From Fonticula alba ATCC 38817 (Eukaryota > Protista > Nucleariida), in the NCBI GenBank assembly GCA_000388065.2, contig KB932201.1: 32,420 bases of DNA; one strand, written 5' to 3'. Positions within the stretch are counted from its first letter, which is position 1; every line of letters begins with the position of its first letter. Position numbers and translations under genes: made by a program. Shown here in pieces: positions 20,994 through 32,420 of this stretch. The notes below the pieces were generated by a model. That model was given only the letters and a program-made list of their open reading frames with translations. It made no database searches and had not been told where the DNA came from.

Positions 20994-23900
20994 CTACTCG
21001 CGCTTCAGCACGAGGGCCGTTCGGGAGGGGATATACACCTGGATGCGAGCCGCACGACCATCCCAGCCGCCCTCGGCCTCGCGATCCGAGAAGTACCGCC
21101 CATTCGGGTCGATCAGGGAGTCGGCCCGGCAGGTGGCACACTCTCGTCCCGAGGCCACCTCCAGCAGCTGCTTGGTCAGGAAGGCCGTGGCGGCCGGCTC
21201 GCCACCGGCCCGGGTGTGCTCCTTGCTGGCACAGCCGGCCCGGGCCAGCTGGAAGCACAGCGCGTGGAAGCGATTGACGCACGACCCGGGAGTCGGAATG
21301 TCGGCGGCCGAGTCGTCGCCACGGTCCGACTGGGTGGCGGCCACCAGCTGCGAATGGGACAGCTGCGGTGCGGAGCATGAGCGGCGGTAGCACTCGGTGT
21401 CGCGGTCGGAAAAGATCGGCGCCTCCGAGGACAGCACCATGCGGTAGGTCCCGGCCGCGGGGACACCGATGCTGTATCCCTCGAAGCTCTTGTACGGGTG
21501 GAAGTTGGCCACCACCACGTAATGGTCGTAGGCCGGCGGGGCGTCGGCCAGGGTGGCGTCCAGCCGGACATTCGGATTTGCCGGGGCCGGGAAGCTGAAA
21601 TCGAAGGCCAACACCTGGTCGCCATCGTTCTTGCGGCTGACGAACTGTCAGGGGAACAGCCCGTGGACGGGACCGTCCATGAGGGGGACCCGTGGCCAAG
21701 GTCGGGGGAGGGGGGGGAGGGTCACACAGGGTTCCGAGTCAGGAGCGGCGAATGGGGGGCATGGCGGGCGGGCGGGCGGGCGGGCGGGCGGGCGGGTGGG
21801 TGGCCGAAAGCCCGCGAGACACGGTGTACCTCGCGCGTGGTCCGGGGCACCACCCGGCCCAGGCCCCAGATGAGGCCCGCATCAAAGCGCCAGAGGGCTC
21901 CAAAGTGCAGGTTTGGATCGTCGAGCAGTTGGAACTGCCGCCGCGCGTGGTTGTATGAACTGAGGCAGCAGGGGGCGGCCGACGCGGGCGGCCGGTCGAT
22001 CAATGCCGGCGAGCGACGAGCGAGGCCACATCGAGAACGGGAAAGGCCCGCGGGCCCGGGCGGGAGACACGGCGGGCAGGGGTTAGAATACCGGGGGGAG
22101 AGAGAGAGAGAGAAAAAGGCCGGCCCACAAGCATGCTGGAAGGCGAGCATGGGAGGCGCACTTTCCATTGCCCTCGCGCGGGAAGTCCAGCCACTCGGGA
22201 TGGCCAAACTCATTGCCGATGAAGTTCAGATAGCCCTCGCCGCCGAGGGTCAGGGTCACGAGGCTGTCGGGGACCGGGGGGAGGAAGCAGAGGCAGCGGG
22301 AGGCGTCCCGGAGCCCGGGGGGGGAATGCATCAAGGGCGGCACAGGCCCAGAGGGAGGGTCAGCAAGCGGGAGCAAGGCCCTCGGGCCAATGGGCCCGAA
22401 GCCAGGCCAGATGCCCGGCGCAGACGGGCCAACGCACCGAATCATCTTGTGCAGGCGGAGGGCGCGCTCGACGGCGCCCTTGTCCGGCCCGGGCGGGCTC
22501 AGACGCGACATGGCCGAGTACATGCTGGCGCCGGCCATGCGGAACATGAGGGCCTGGTCGCCGACGAGGCATTGATCGTGCGACTCCACATAGACCACGG
22601 TATTTTCCTGGCGCGCACGGGCCGGCATGGGGGGGGGGGGGGGGGGGGGACAGACGGACCGCGAGTCAGGGCATGGGGGCCGGTAAAGCGGCAGCCGTGG
22701 GGCCTTCCCATCGGCCGGCCGGCCGGCCGGCGGGTGGGCCATCGATCGGCGTCGCGTACCATGTGCCGGCGGTTGGACAGCATCCAGCTGATATTGCTGA
22801 CGGACCAGTCCTCGTCCCTGATCTCCTTGGCCAGGCGGGTCCACTCGTCGGCCGGGAACATGGCCATGCGCCAGCCGAAGCCCATGCCGGCCTCGGCCAG
22901 CGGCCGGGCCAGCAGCGGCATGCCGGACACATCTTCGGCCACGGTGATGGCCCCGGGGTGGGTATCCGCCACCAGGGCATTGGCCAGCGTCAGGTAGGCG
23001 ATGGCGTCTCGGTCGGTGGTGATGGGGTCGAAGTATTCGCGGTAGTCGCCGGAAAAGACGTGGAAAATGCCATGGTGGGTGTACAGCTGTCGCCGCGGCC
23101 GGTCAGCATATTGCACCGGGTGGCCGAGTGTCGCAAGCCCCGCCCAGTGCGCCGTACCATGGAGGTGATCCCGTCAAAGCGGAACCCATCGACCCCGTAG
23201 CAATCGAGCCAGAAGCGCAGGTTGCTCAGGAGGTAGCGGGCCACCTGCGGGCGCTCATAGGCAAAGATCCGGCTGGCGTCCATCCGACGCGGGTCAGTCG
23301 AGGAGGTGCGACCGGGGGGGGGAGGGGGGGGGGGGCGGGGAGCACGAGCCCGGCCTCCGGGCCCGGGAGCCAAATGATCAAGAGACACACCTATCCCACT
23401 GGGAGTGCGTGCCGCGCGGGCCGCCATGGAAGTAAGTCCCGTCCGGGGTTCCGTCAAACTCCCCAAGGCCATCGAGCACTGCGCCCGGCCGAGGGGGGGA
23501 GGGGGGGGGGGGGGGCATGCCCACGAGGGCGGTCAGTGGCTGGGGCCGACATGGGGGGCTCGAGGACGAGGCGACGCTGGTGTACCATTGCTGCAGCCAT
23601 GTGCCTGGACAATGTCCAAGATGACCCGGAGGCCGAACTGGTGGCACTTGTCCACGAGCGCGCGGAACTCACACGGCGTGCCGCTGTAGCCGGACACGGC
23701 GAACGGGTGGGTGACATGGTACCCGAAGGAGGCGTAATACGGGTGGTGCTGGACGGCCATCACTTGGATGGCATTGTAGCTGTGGCGACAAGGGTTAGCT
23801 TTGGTGGTGCGGGGGAGCCGGCCACCGGCCGGGGCGGGACTCTGATGGAGGGGCGCGCGCGGGGGCGGGTGGCCCTTTCCCCGCCGCCGGGCATATGTTG

Positions 23901-25699
23901 CGTCTGGCAAGGGACCATGTACCCGAGGGCGGCAATGCGAGGCACCACGCGCTCGGCAAACTCCATGTACGAAGCAATGCGTGGCTCGGGCGAGGCGATG
24001 CCCACTGCATGGAGGGGCATCGGGAAGGCAGGGAGGATATGAGCCGCGTGGCGGTGGGGGAAGGGGGTATGTAGGTGAGAGGGTGAGGGGCAGCGCGCAC
24101 GCGCGCGCGTGGCGGAGGCGGCAAGCAGGAAGCACCGAGGGGGAGGCAGGGAAATGCCCTGGCCCCGGCCAGGGGAGGATCGCACCGTGGGCCTCGTAGA
24201 TGAGCAGACGCTGGCCTGGCGGCAGGGGCGCCGGCCGGGCAAAGCGCGGCCGGTACGGCCGCTCGGGACTCCAGTGGATGGCGTCGAAGAGCTTGCCATC
24301 GCCCCCGCCGGCCAGCAGGTACTTGGCCCAAGCGGGGGCCCGCTCGAGCCAGGCGCCAGTGTTGCGAGTCCGAAAGCCGACCTGCTCCCGGCGTGCCCCC
24401 CGGGGGGCGAAGGTTAGCCGCGACAATCAGCGATGCAGGGACCGGAGGCACATGGGGGCGCACCTTGTACCGGGACTGGTGGGGGATGGCCGGCCCGGCC
24501 GGGCCGTGGGGGATGAACACATGGTGGACGCCGTCCTGATCCCGAAGCATGGGGAAGTCGGCGCGCCGCCAGTCGGCTGGGCGTGGGGCCGAGAGCCCGG
24601 CATCCACGGATGCGGGTCTGTGTCAGCGAGGAGGCGGTGTGTGTGTGTGTGTGTGTGTGTGCGTGCGTGCGCGCGCGTGTGCGTGCGTGTGTGTGTGTGG
24701 GTGTGGGTGTGGGTGTGTGCGAGCATGTGGGTGTGTGCGAGCGTGTGGGTGTGGGTCTGCAAGCGATGCGGGGAGGGAAAAACAAAAGGAAGCTGGAGAA
24801 AGGAGGAATGGCGTCCGGGCGGCGAGGGAACATGGGCGCGTACAGAAATCCCCGAAAAGGAAAGCACACCGGCCGTTGGGGATCCACTCGCGGTACCAGA
24901 GGCCGGGGACCAGGGCATCGGGCCCGGCTTCCGGAGCCTGGCATGTCACGGCCTCCGGGTACAGTGTGTCCAGGGCGGGGCCCAGGGCCGACGGGACGGT
25001 GCCATCCCGGTGGCACCCCATGTCCAAGGCCAGGGCGCACCGATCGGGCAGGGAATCCTGCTGCGAGACAAAACGCTGGCCAAGCTTCTGCAAGCGCTGG
25101 TAGAAGTGCGCGGTGGCCGCCGGGGCCGTTCCCTCGATGATGCCGAAGAAGAGGTGGCCCTCGGCGAAGTGCTGGAGTGCCATGCGCTCGGGCGACCCCT
25201 CGGCCAGGGGATCGGCGTCGCGCGGGGCACCGGCCGCCTCGGGACCATGGGCCTCCCGGGGGCCGGGGGCCGGCGTGCTGCGGAAGGGCAGCGCGGCGGC
25301 CACGCACGCCGGCAGCGGCCCCGGCCGGGGGACTTGGATTTCCGCACGAGTCAGCGACTGGAGCATGCGCGCGGCATCCTGGCGCCGGGCCGCCAGAGCG
25401 CCCTCAAACCATCCGAGAGCGGGATCGTGGGCGGCAGCCCGGCGTGCGGCCAGCACATGCGGTCCCACGGCCTCGGCAGGCTCGCGGGCTGGCTCGGGGT
25501 TCCCCGGCCCGGAGGCCAGGTGGTCCATCGACACGGCCGACACGAAGGACCCGAGCGAGGAGAGCGAGCTTACCAGCTCGGCGGACGACTCGACGGGCTG
25601 GCAGGCGCTGGCCGAATCGGTGGCGCCGGGCTTGACGACAGCCTTTAGGCGGGACTCCGGCAGATCGGGCGGCATCTCCACAACGGCGGAGCAGGACAT
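20994..25699 (-). CDS. GBE1: 1,4-alpha-glucan branching enzyme (GH13_8); 12 exons: 25699..24844, 24576..24464, 24381..24186, 24004..23923, 23779..23586, 23478..23391, 23272..23158, 23086..22760, 22607..22438, 22263..22162, 21959..21830, 21644..20994
   Basis: [63 protein letters not shown] (nucleophile Asp), [10 protein letters not shown] (acid/base Glu), [48 protein letters not shown] and [11 protein letters not shown]. All junctions GT-AG and in phase. Confidence 0.96.
24638..24760. repeat. (TG)n/(TGCG)n/(GTGTGG)n compound microsatellite in GBE intron 1
   Basis: Direct reading. Confidence 0.9.
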
Positions 25700-25705
25700 A
25701 GGCCG

Positions 25706-25751
25706 GGAGGAGGAGGAGGAGGAGGAGGAGGAGGAGGAGGAGGAGGAGGAG
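25706..25751. repeat. (GAG)15-like tract, i.e. (CTC)n on the sense strand just upstream of the GBE start codon
   Basis: Direct reading. Confidence 0.9.
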
Positions 25752-27153
25752 CTGAAACGGACAAAGATGAGGGGAGCGTCGGCTCGGGAGGGCTTGTCGG
25801 TGAGTGGGTATCGAAAGGTGGATGCGACGGAGGGGGGGCATGCGGGGATGTCTTGTTGCCTGGTTGGCCCCTCCCCTCCCCCTCGTCCGGTCCCAGGCGG
25901 GCGTGTCTTTTATGGGCCGGTGGTGGTCAGCCAGACACCACTGCCCGCCCACCTTTTCTTTTCCTCCTGTTTCCCTTTCTGTGTTGTTTACCACCCTCCC
26001 CCCCCCCCCCCCCCCCCCTCCCACCGACCCAAGCAACATCGCGGGTGCGGAGGACCCCCTTCGCGAGAGCGGGGGCCATCCACCCGGCAGGACACCCATC
26101 CTCCTCCGGCATCAATGCTGGACCCCCTCTGCCTGGACCCGGGCCCGGGCCGGGGGAGCGGCGGACAGCGCGACGGTGTGAGACACTCCGTCCCGAAAAT
26201 GGGCGGAAAAGAAAACCCCCAGCGGAATTGGCGCGCGATATGGCGGTCGGGCTGCCCCCGCGGATCGGCACGCACCGGCCCAGTGGGAAAGAGGGGAAAG
26301 GAGGCCCCTGGGCCCTCTCCACCGGGGAAAGCAGAACCCAAACCGAATGCCCCTGCCGCGAAGCTCACACGCCATCGCCCCCGGACATTCTCAGCCATCC
26401 CCGATGGTCGGCGGAGGAACCGCCCAAGTGCCAACCGTTTGACGGAGGACATCTGTCCGAGCCGGCACCTGATCCGCGCACATGACCTCGTGGATGGGGA
26501 CCCCGACTCTGGTGTCGCCCCCCCCCCCCGGCGAGCTGGCCGCCCGGTGCGCTGGCCGCTGGCCGGGCGGACGGGCGTGGGGTTTGACCACCGGTGTTCG
26601 AGCATCTGTCGAGGGGCCGTGGCTACCGCGGTAGCCCGATCCCTTGTGGTGCTCGCCCGAGATTTGGGAGGGGATTTTTTGGCGAGCTCCCGCCGGCGCC
26701 CGTGTCTTCCCCTGAAAAGCCCTCGCCACCAGCCCCCTCCCCCAGCTGGCGGCGCGGTCCAGCCGGATGTTGTCAAGACCGGTGATGGGGGCGCTGGTGA
26801 CCAGGGGAGCCGGGTCTTTTTTTTTTTTTTTTTCTGGCTGTCCAGTTCACATCCCCCCTGGGGCGAGCGGGGGCCACCCAGCGAGCCAAGTTGCCGCCCC
26901 GTGCTGCACGGGGCTGTATGTGTGTGTGTGTGGGGGGGGGACAGATTCCCTGCCACAGCCACGCCCGGGAGTGTCGACCCGGCGCCCGTTGCATTTCAGC
27001 AACGGTCCCACGGGCACCCGGGGCACACTCCCCACCACACCTCCCTCTTTTCTCCCCTCCGCGCTCCCCTCCCCCCCCCTCTCCCTCCGCGCGCGTTTCT
27101 TCCCCCTGTCCTCCCGCGTCACCCTTGCTCCCCCCCCCTCTCCATCCTGCGAC

Positions 27154-29186
27154 ATGTCCCTTGCCTCCCTCTCGTCGCTGTTGAACATGCGATCGCGGTC
27201 AGCCCTGGCCTTTGGCGTATCGGCCGGGATCGGCATCATCGCGGCGTTCTTTTTCCTGCGGCGGCACTTCGGCACCCAGCAGAAGGCCATTGATGGGTGT
27301 CCCGCGCCACAGGACACCACGCCGATGCCGGCGGATCTGGGTATGTGCCTGGACTTCTCCGCCGCTTTCCTTCCCCGGCGACCGCTGTCCCTCAGACCCC
27401 CACCGGACTTTCTTCCCGCCTCCCACGCCCCTGCCTCCGACCACTCCCCCTCCCGGTCTCCCCCCCCCCTCCCTCTNNNNNNNNNNNNNNNNNNNNNNNN
27501 NNNNNNNNNNNNNNNNNNNNNNNNNNNNNNNNNNNNNNNNNNNNNNNNNNNNNNNNNNNNNNNNNNNNNNNNNNNNNNNNNNNNNNNNNNNNNNNNNCCC
27601 ACCCACCCGCCCACCTCCGACAGAGCGTGAGTTTGAGTTGGCCACATTCTTCGTGTCCAGCTCCTCCAAGGCCGCTAGCCTTTCGAACAAGCAAAAGCTC
27701 AGCCTCTACTCGACCTACCGTGCGGCGCTGGCCACCCGTGATGAGGACGCCAGGCGCGACGCGGCCAACGCTCCCTCCGGCTGGGGCGAGGCCAAGCTCA
27801 AGCAGTGCGTTTGCGCCCGGCCCATTGCCGATCCCCGGCCCCCTTGCGGGGCCACTCTCCCGGCCATCACTAACCTTCGCCCGAATGCGCCGCATAGTCA
27901 TGCGCGCTCTGTGGCCCGGGAGAACTTCCCGACTCGGGCCGACGCCGCCATGGCCTACATCCTCATGGTGAAGGACTATTTCGGCCTGGAGGCCATCCCC
28001 GGGACTGGGGGTGTCCCCGCCCACGCCCCTGGTGATGAGAGTGACCCGGAGTTGCTGATGGACTCGCCGTCGGACGAGCGCCTCCGGGCATATACCCCGC
28101 CGGGGATCGCCCAACTGCCAGTTGCCGAGGATGCCACCGCTCCGGCGGGTGCCGATGCCGACATCCCGACCGAGGACTTTGCTATGAGCAACTGCGTGAG
28201 CCGGCCGGTGACCGATCTCTCGTGCGTACTCGCAGACGCAGACACACACACACACACACAAGCGCACAAGCGCACAAGCGCACAAGCGCACACGCACTGC
28301 TGGTGTCTTTTGGTGAGGACATCCTCCCCTCCTCCCTCGCTGGTGTCCTACGGATGCCCGCCCTTTCCCTCGGGCTTCTAACTCCCCTTCGGCTCGGATC
28401 CCCCCCCCCCCCCCCCCCGATGCGCACAGGCTTCCCGATGAACTCCCCCTGCACAACACCCTGCGGCTGACGCACTACAGCCACTTGGAGGATCCGCTTC
28501 AGGTGCAGCACGTCCTGGCGGCCACGGTGCGCGGGTTCCCCGCCCCGGCAGAGGCCCCCCCCAAGCCGGTCTCCTCGGAGCACCCGCCGCAGGAAGTGGA
28601 CACGGTCGATGCGTCGGGCCTGACGGCCCTCCACTGGGCCGCAGACCGGGGAATCTCCCGGGTGATCTTTTTCTTGCTCGCGCGCACCGATGCCGATCCC
28701 ACCATCCGGTCGCTGCAGGATGGGTGGACCCCGCTGCATGGGGCCCTCCTGTGCCGGCATGACGATTGTGCCCGTCTCCTGATCGGCGGCTCGGTCCCGG
28801 GGCTGGGCATGGAGTATGACCTGCCCCAGCGCCTGTCCATCTTCTCGCGCATCCAGGCCACCCTGGAGCGCGAGGCCGACACCGTGTTCGACCCGGCCGA
28901 GGACTCGCTACTGGAGGCGGTCCGCGAGGCGGTCGATCTGCTGGACTCTCAGGACCCGGCGCGCGCCCTGTGGGCTGGGTATCTCGCCGCGCGCGAGGCC
29001 GGCGGGGAGCCCTTCCCGGCGGCGGTGCAGGACCTCGCCGACCAGGTCGTCTCCTCGGCCATCAGCCAGGCCCTCTCGGCTTCCATCAGCTCCCCCCTGT
29101 CCCCGAGCCCGGAGGACACCCTGGTGGTCAATGTCCCGGTGCAGGACGAGTCCGACTGGAGCGACCTGTGCGAGGGCAATGCCTGA
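27154..29186 (+). CDS. N-terminal TM anchor, acyl-CoA-binding (ACBP) domain and ankyrin repeats; model join(27154..27340,27624..27804,27898..28221,28481..29186)
   Basis: TM segment ALAFGVSAGIGIIAAFFFLRR. ACB-like EFELATFFV..SNKQKLSLYSTYRAA..AKLKH..TRADAAMAYILMVKDY. Linker VSRP. Ankyrin repeats DASGLTALHWAADRG..FFLL..DADP and QDGWTPLHGALLCRHDDCARLLI. Phase-consistent introns. Confidence 0.85.
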
Positions 29187-29569
29187 AGCAATCCCCCTCG
29201 CTTTTGCTGCCTCCCCCTCTTGCCGCCCTTGCCGTCCGCCTGCTGCCTGCCTGTCCTGGCCGCCGTTGCGCTCCTTGTCCTTGCCACCTCCTTCCCCCTC
29301 TTCCCTTTGCGCTGTCCCAGCCGCAACGTCAGACCTGCCTCGCTTTTCCCCCCTCCTCCCCCTGCCAATCCCATCGGCGAGGGCGGGGCAGGGCATGTGA
29401 AAAGACACATGCATGCGCCGAAACAGAGTGTACAGTGTGTTTCTATTTTTTTCTTTCTTCTTGCCTGCCTCCTCCCCCCTCGCGCCCATCTTCACTTCCG
29501 GGGGGGGTGGCGGCGCGCCGGCAATCGGGAAGGGGCAGAGGGAGGGGAGGAAATGCGGCCGGGCACTTC

Positions 29570-32388
29570 TCAGGAGCTACTCGAGGCACCGGAGCGGGGG
29601 GTGGAGCAGTCGGCCGGCCCCGGCCCTGGGGGCTGCCGGCTGGGGAGGATTTCCGCCTCGAGGGAACTCAACAGGGTGAAGGCAAACATCTTGTCCACGG
29701 CCACCCGAACAAAGGACTGATCGCTCGGGTGCTGGGCGCCTTCCCCCACTCGGCGCGGGCTCGGGGCCAGGATCAGCAACTGCTCCAGCACCACGGCCAG
29801 GGCGCCCCACCGCTGCAAGTAGTCCCGGAGCTCATCGCTCGACGGGGTCCCCAACGTGGGCAGGTGATGGTCGATGAACATCTGGTTCCAGCGCAGCGGC
29901 TGGGATGGCTGCTCGGCCGAGCTGCCGACATTCGAAGTGACCCAGCAGACGCTGGCCAGGCCGCGCAGAACCAAGTCCGCGCCGTAATTCTTCATCAGGG
30001 ATAGGATGATGCGCTTGCAGGAGTCCATGTCGGCTGTCGGAGGAGGAGGTGGGGGTGGGGGTGGCGCCGGCTCGAAGACACTCCCCATGATTGGCAGCTG
30101 CATGGGCTGCTGATATTGCATGGGCTGCTGCTGCTGCTGCATCGGGTGCATGGGCTGCAGAGGGTGCTGCAGCTGGGGGAACTGCTGGAACTGGGGCTGC
30201 TGCAGCTCCGGCACGAACCGAGGCTGCTGAAGGGGCATCTGAAGCTGCATCTGCAGCAGTTGCTGCTGTTGCTGCTGCTGCTGCTGCTGCAAGGAGGGGA
30301 GAGCCATGCCACCCAGCGCGGACGAGGCGACCGGCACCATTTGCCCGTTGGAAAGGTAAAACAGCTGCGGAGTCCCGGCCAAGGTCCCGCCGCCGAGGGA
30401 ATGCTGGTGCTGCGGGGGGATCGCCAGCGGCGCCGACAGCTGCGGCGAGGAGTTGAGTTGCTGCTGAGCAAGGGAGGGCAGGGGCTGGAAGCCGGGCGTC
30501 ATCGAGCCCCCTCCGTACCCCATGCCGGGGGCATTCAGGCGCGGTGTCGAGTGCGGCAGGAGGACATCGCCGCCGACCACCCGGCGGAGATGGTGATCGT
30601 CGGCCGGGCGCTGGAGGAAGGGAGCCATCCGCTGGAAGGGGGTCTCAACGATCGATGGCTGCTGCTGCTGCTGCTGTTGCTGTTGTTGGGGGAGCATCGC
30701 AGGGACTGGTTGGGGCTGAACGGTGGCCATCGTCGGAGGAGCAGTCGTGGCGGCGGTGCTGGCGGGGGCGGCGGTGCTGGCCCCGGCGCCGGCAACAGGA
30801 GTACCGGCAGTCTTTGTCCTGGATGGCGCAAGGAGTCCACGCAAGATATCTGCCTGCTGGGGAGGCGACACGGCGGCCGCCTCGGCTGGATGCTTGCGAG
30901 AGCGGGTGCGCGTGCGTCGAGCCGTGGACGAGGCCCTGGATGCGATGGAGGGCGAAGATGCCACAGCGGGAGTTCCAGCCGAGGACGATGGCCGGGCAGA
31001 GGGAGTCTTGGGAGTGGAGGGAGCTTCGCCGGCGGTGGTTGCCGATCCCAGGGGGGCCCTTTGGTCGAAGAGAGCCGGCGAGGCGGAGGCCTGGGTGTTG
31101 GCCATGCTGCGCGTGGTACTGTCAGTGATCACCGGCGAGTGGTCGGGCCGGGCAGCCGGCCGGGGCGTGACCGAAGAGGAGTCTGCCACCGGCTCGGGCG
31201 AAGGTGTGGCCGACACATCCAGCACCGGCGGCAAGAGAGGCCGCGAGCTTGGGGCCGCCTTCGGGCCCGGGGCACCGGCCACCGGGGGAACTGGCGAGGC
31301 TGGACACAGGCTCAGGGTGTGCAGCTCGGAGTCCGACTCGGCCATGCTCTCCTCCTCGGCTGACAGGGGGGCTGGTGATGCGCTGAAGTCCAGCGACTCG
31401 TTTGTCATCACGCCAGCCAATGCGGCGGTGAGTACCTCGGCTGTCGGGGCCCAGGGGCAGCGGGGGCGGGGGGGATGCATATGATCTGTGGTTAGTTCCC
31501 CCGAACCGGGCGTCAGACCAGGCGCCGAGGTGAAGCCCGTACAGAGGAGCGCCGCATCCTTGGACAGGATGTATGACCCGGGCGAGAGGATGTCAAAGGC
31601 AAAGGGAGTCGACCCGGAGACCATGCTTGCCGGGAGTGGCGAGCTCAGCGCCAGGCATTCCTGCAGGTCGTCGATGTAGCACGAGGAAAGGACACACGGG
31701 TGGGCAACGCGCGGGTGCGGGCCATCCGAGAAGTGGATCTGGCCGCCGGTCTCCACATGCTTGCCTCCGAGGTCAACTGCGCGGGCAGGGGGTCAGGCAA
31801 GGGGAACATCGAGACCGCGCGGGCCGCAGGCATGAGGCGCCCAGCTGGGCAGTGGAGGAGACGGGGGGGAAAAAAAGAAAAAAAAAAAAAACCCTCATGC
31901 GGGCAATGCACACCCCACGCACCGAATGACCGAAGGCGACTCGGGGCCACGCTCGGATCGAAGGAGGCCGACAGGCCCTGGAAGGGGGTCGTCAGAGGGG
32001 GCGTCGAGGCGGGCATCTCTCCCGGAACATCGGCCCGGGCGTGTGAGACTGGCTCGGTCGGCAGAGACGCGGACGCGGACGGCGCCGGGGCCTCTCTCGA
32101 GGGTGCTCCGGTGGGGGATGCGTCGAGGTTGCCCGCGGTGGGAGATTGCCCCGAGGTGCCTTGCGGCTCGGTGGTGGCACTGACAGCGGCGGCCGCGGCC
32201 ACGATCTTGGGGTCTCGCGGCGACGTCTGCCCACCGGCGCGCCTGGCCGAGTCACGATGGCGCGTTGCCTTTTTGGCCGCCAGCCGAAGCCCCAGGCCCT
32301 CGTTGGCGGGGACCGGCTTCGTGTCGCGGAAGAAGCGCTTCTCGTGCCCGGAGAAGGCCTCCTTCGAGCCTATACGGAAGTGGTTCAT
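29570..32388 (-). CDS. Large low-complexity Ser/Pro/Ala/Gln-rich hypothetical protein with a possibly folded C-terminal helical domain; model complement(join(29570..31776,31923..32388)); may extend 5' beyond the window
   Basis: 728-codon open frame with polyQ tracts. Phase-1 intron 31922(GTGCGT)..31777(CAG) joins it to the upstream 155-codon frame. A pyrimidine-rich acceptor (CCCAG at about 32399-32403) upstream suggests an earlier exon. Confidence 0.78.
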
Positions 32389-32420
32389 GATGCCGGGGCT
32401 GGGGAGGGGAGGAAGGGGGG

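Noticed and set aside
25113-27293. 726-aa plus-strand ORF and other long Arg/Pro/Gly-rich ORFs (for example 14034-15656, 24200-25648, 30116-31363)
   Set aside because: Antisense or off-frame shadows of real genes and GC-rich intergenic DNA with few stop codons; no protein-like composition.

Overview
GC-rich, intron-rich eukaryotic genomic DNA. It has GT-AG introns of mostly 90-300 bp, many C/G homopolymer tracts and microsatellites, and five N gaps. The gene set and style suggest a unicellular opisthokont such as Fonticula (inference only). The ORF track is mostly misleading because the genes are spliced, so I built exon models by hand. In order: PP2A B'/B56 regulatory subunit with a very long polyQ insert (+, 5'-truncated); U2 snRNA (-); Byr4/Bfa1-like protein (+); CENP-P/Ctf19-like protein (-); one isolated exon of DNA polymerase delta catalytic subunit (+); uncharacterised multi-TM protein (+); class I SAM methyltransferase (-); a large His/Gln-rich gene with an SPPY-type amino-methyltransferase domain that appears to splice in frame into a GNAT-like domain (+); divergent glycogen branching enzyme (-); TM-ACBP-ankyrin protein (+); long low-complexity polyQ protein (-). 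The best novelty candidate is the spliced amino-MTase-GNAT fusion, which sits head-to-head with a second methyltransferase. The orphan Pol delta exon is the clearest structural anomaly. No CRISPR, tRNA, rRNA or recognisable transposase was seen. All protein family calls come from motif recall, not database searches.
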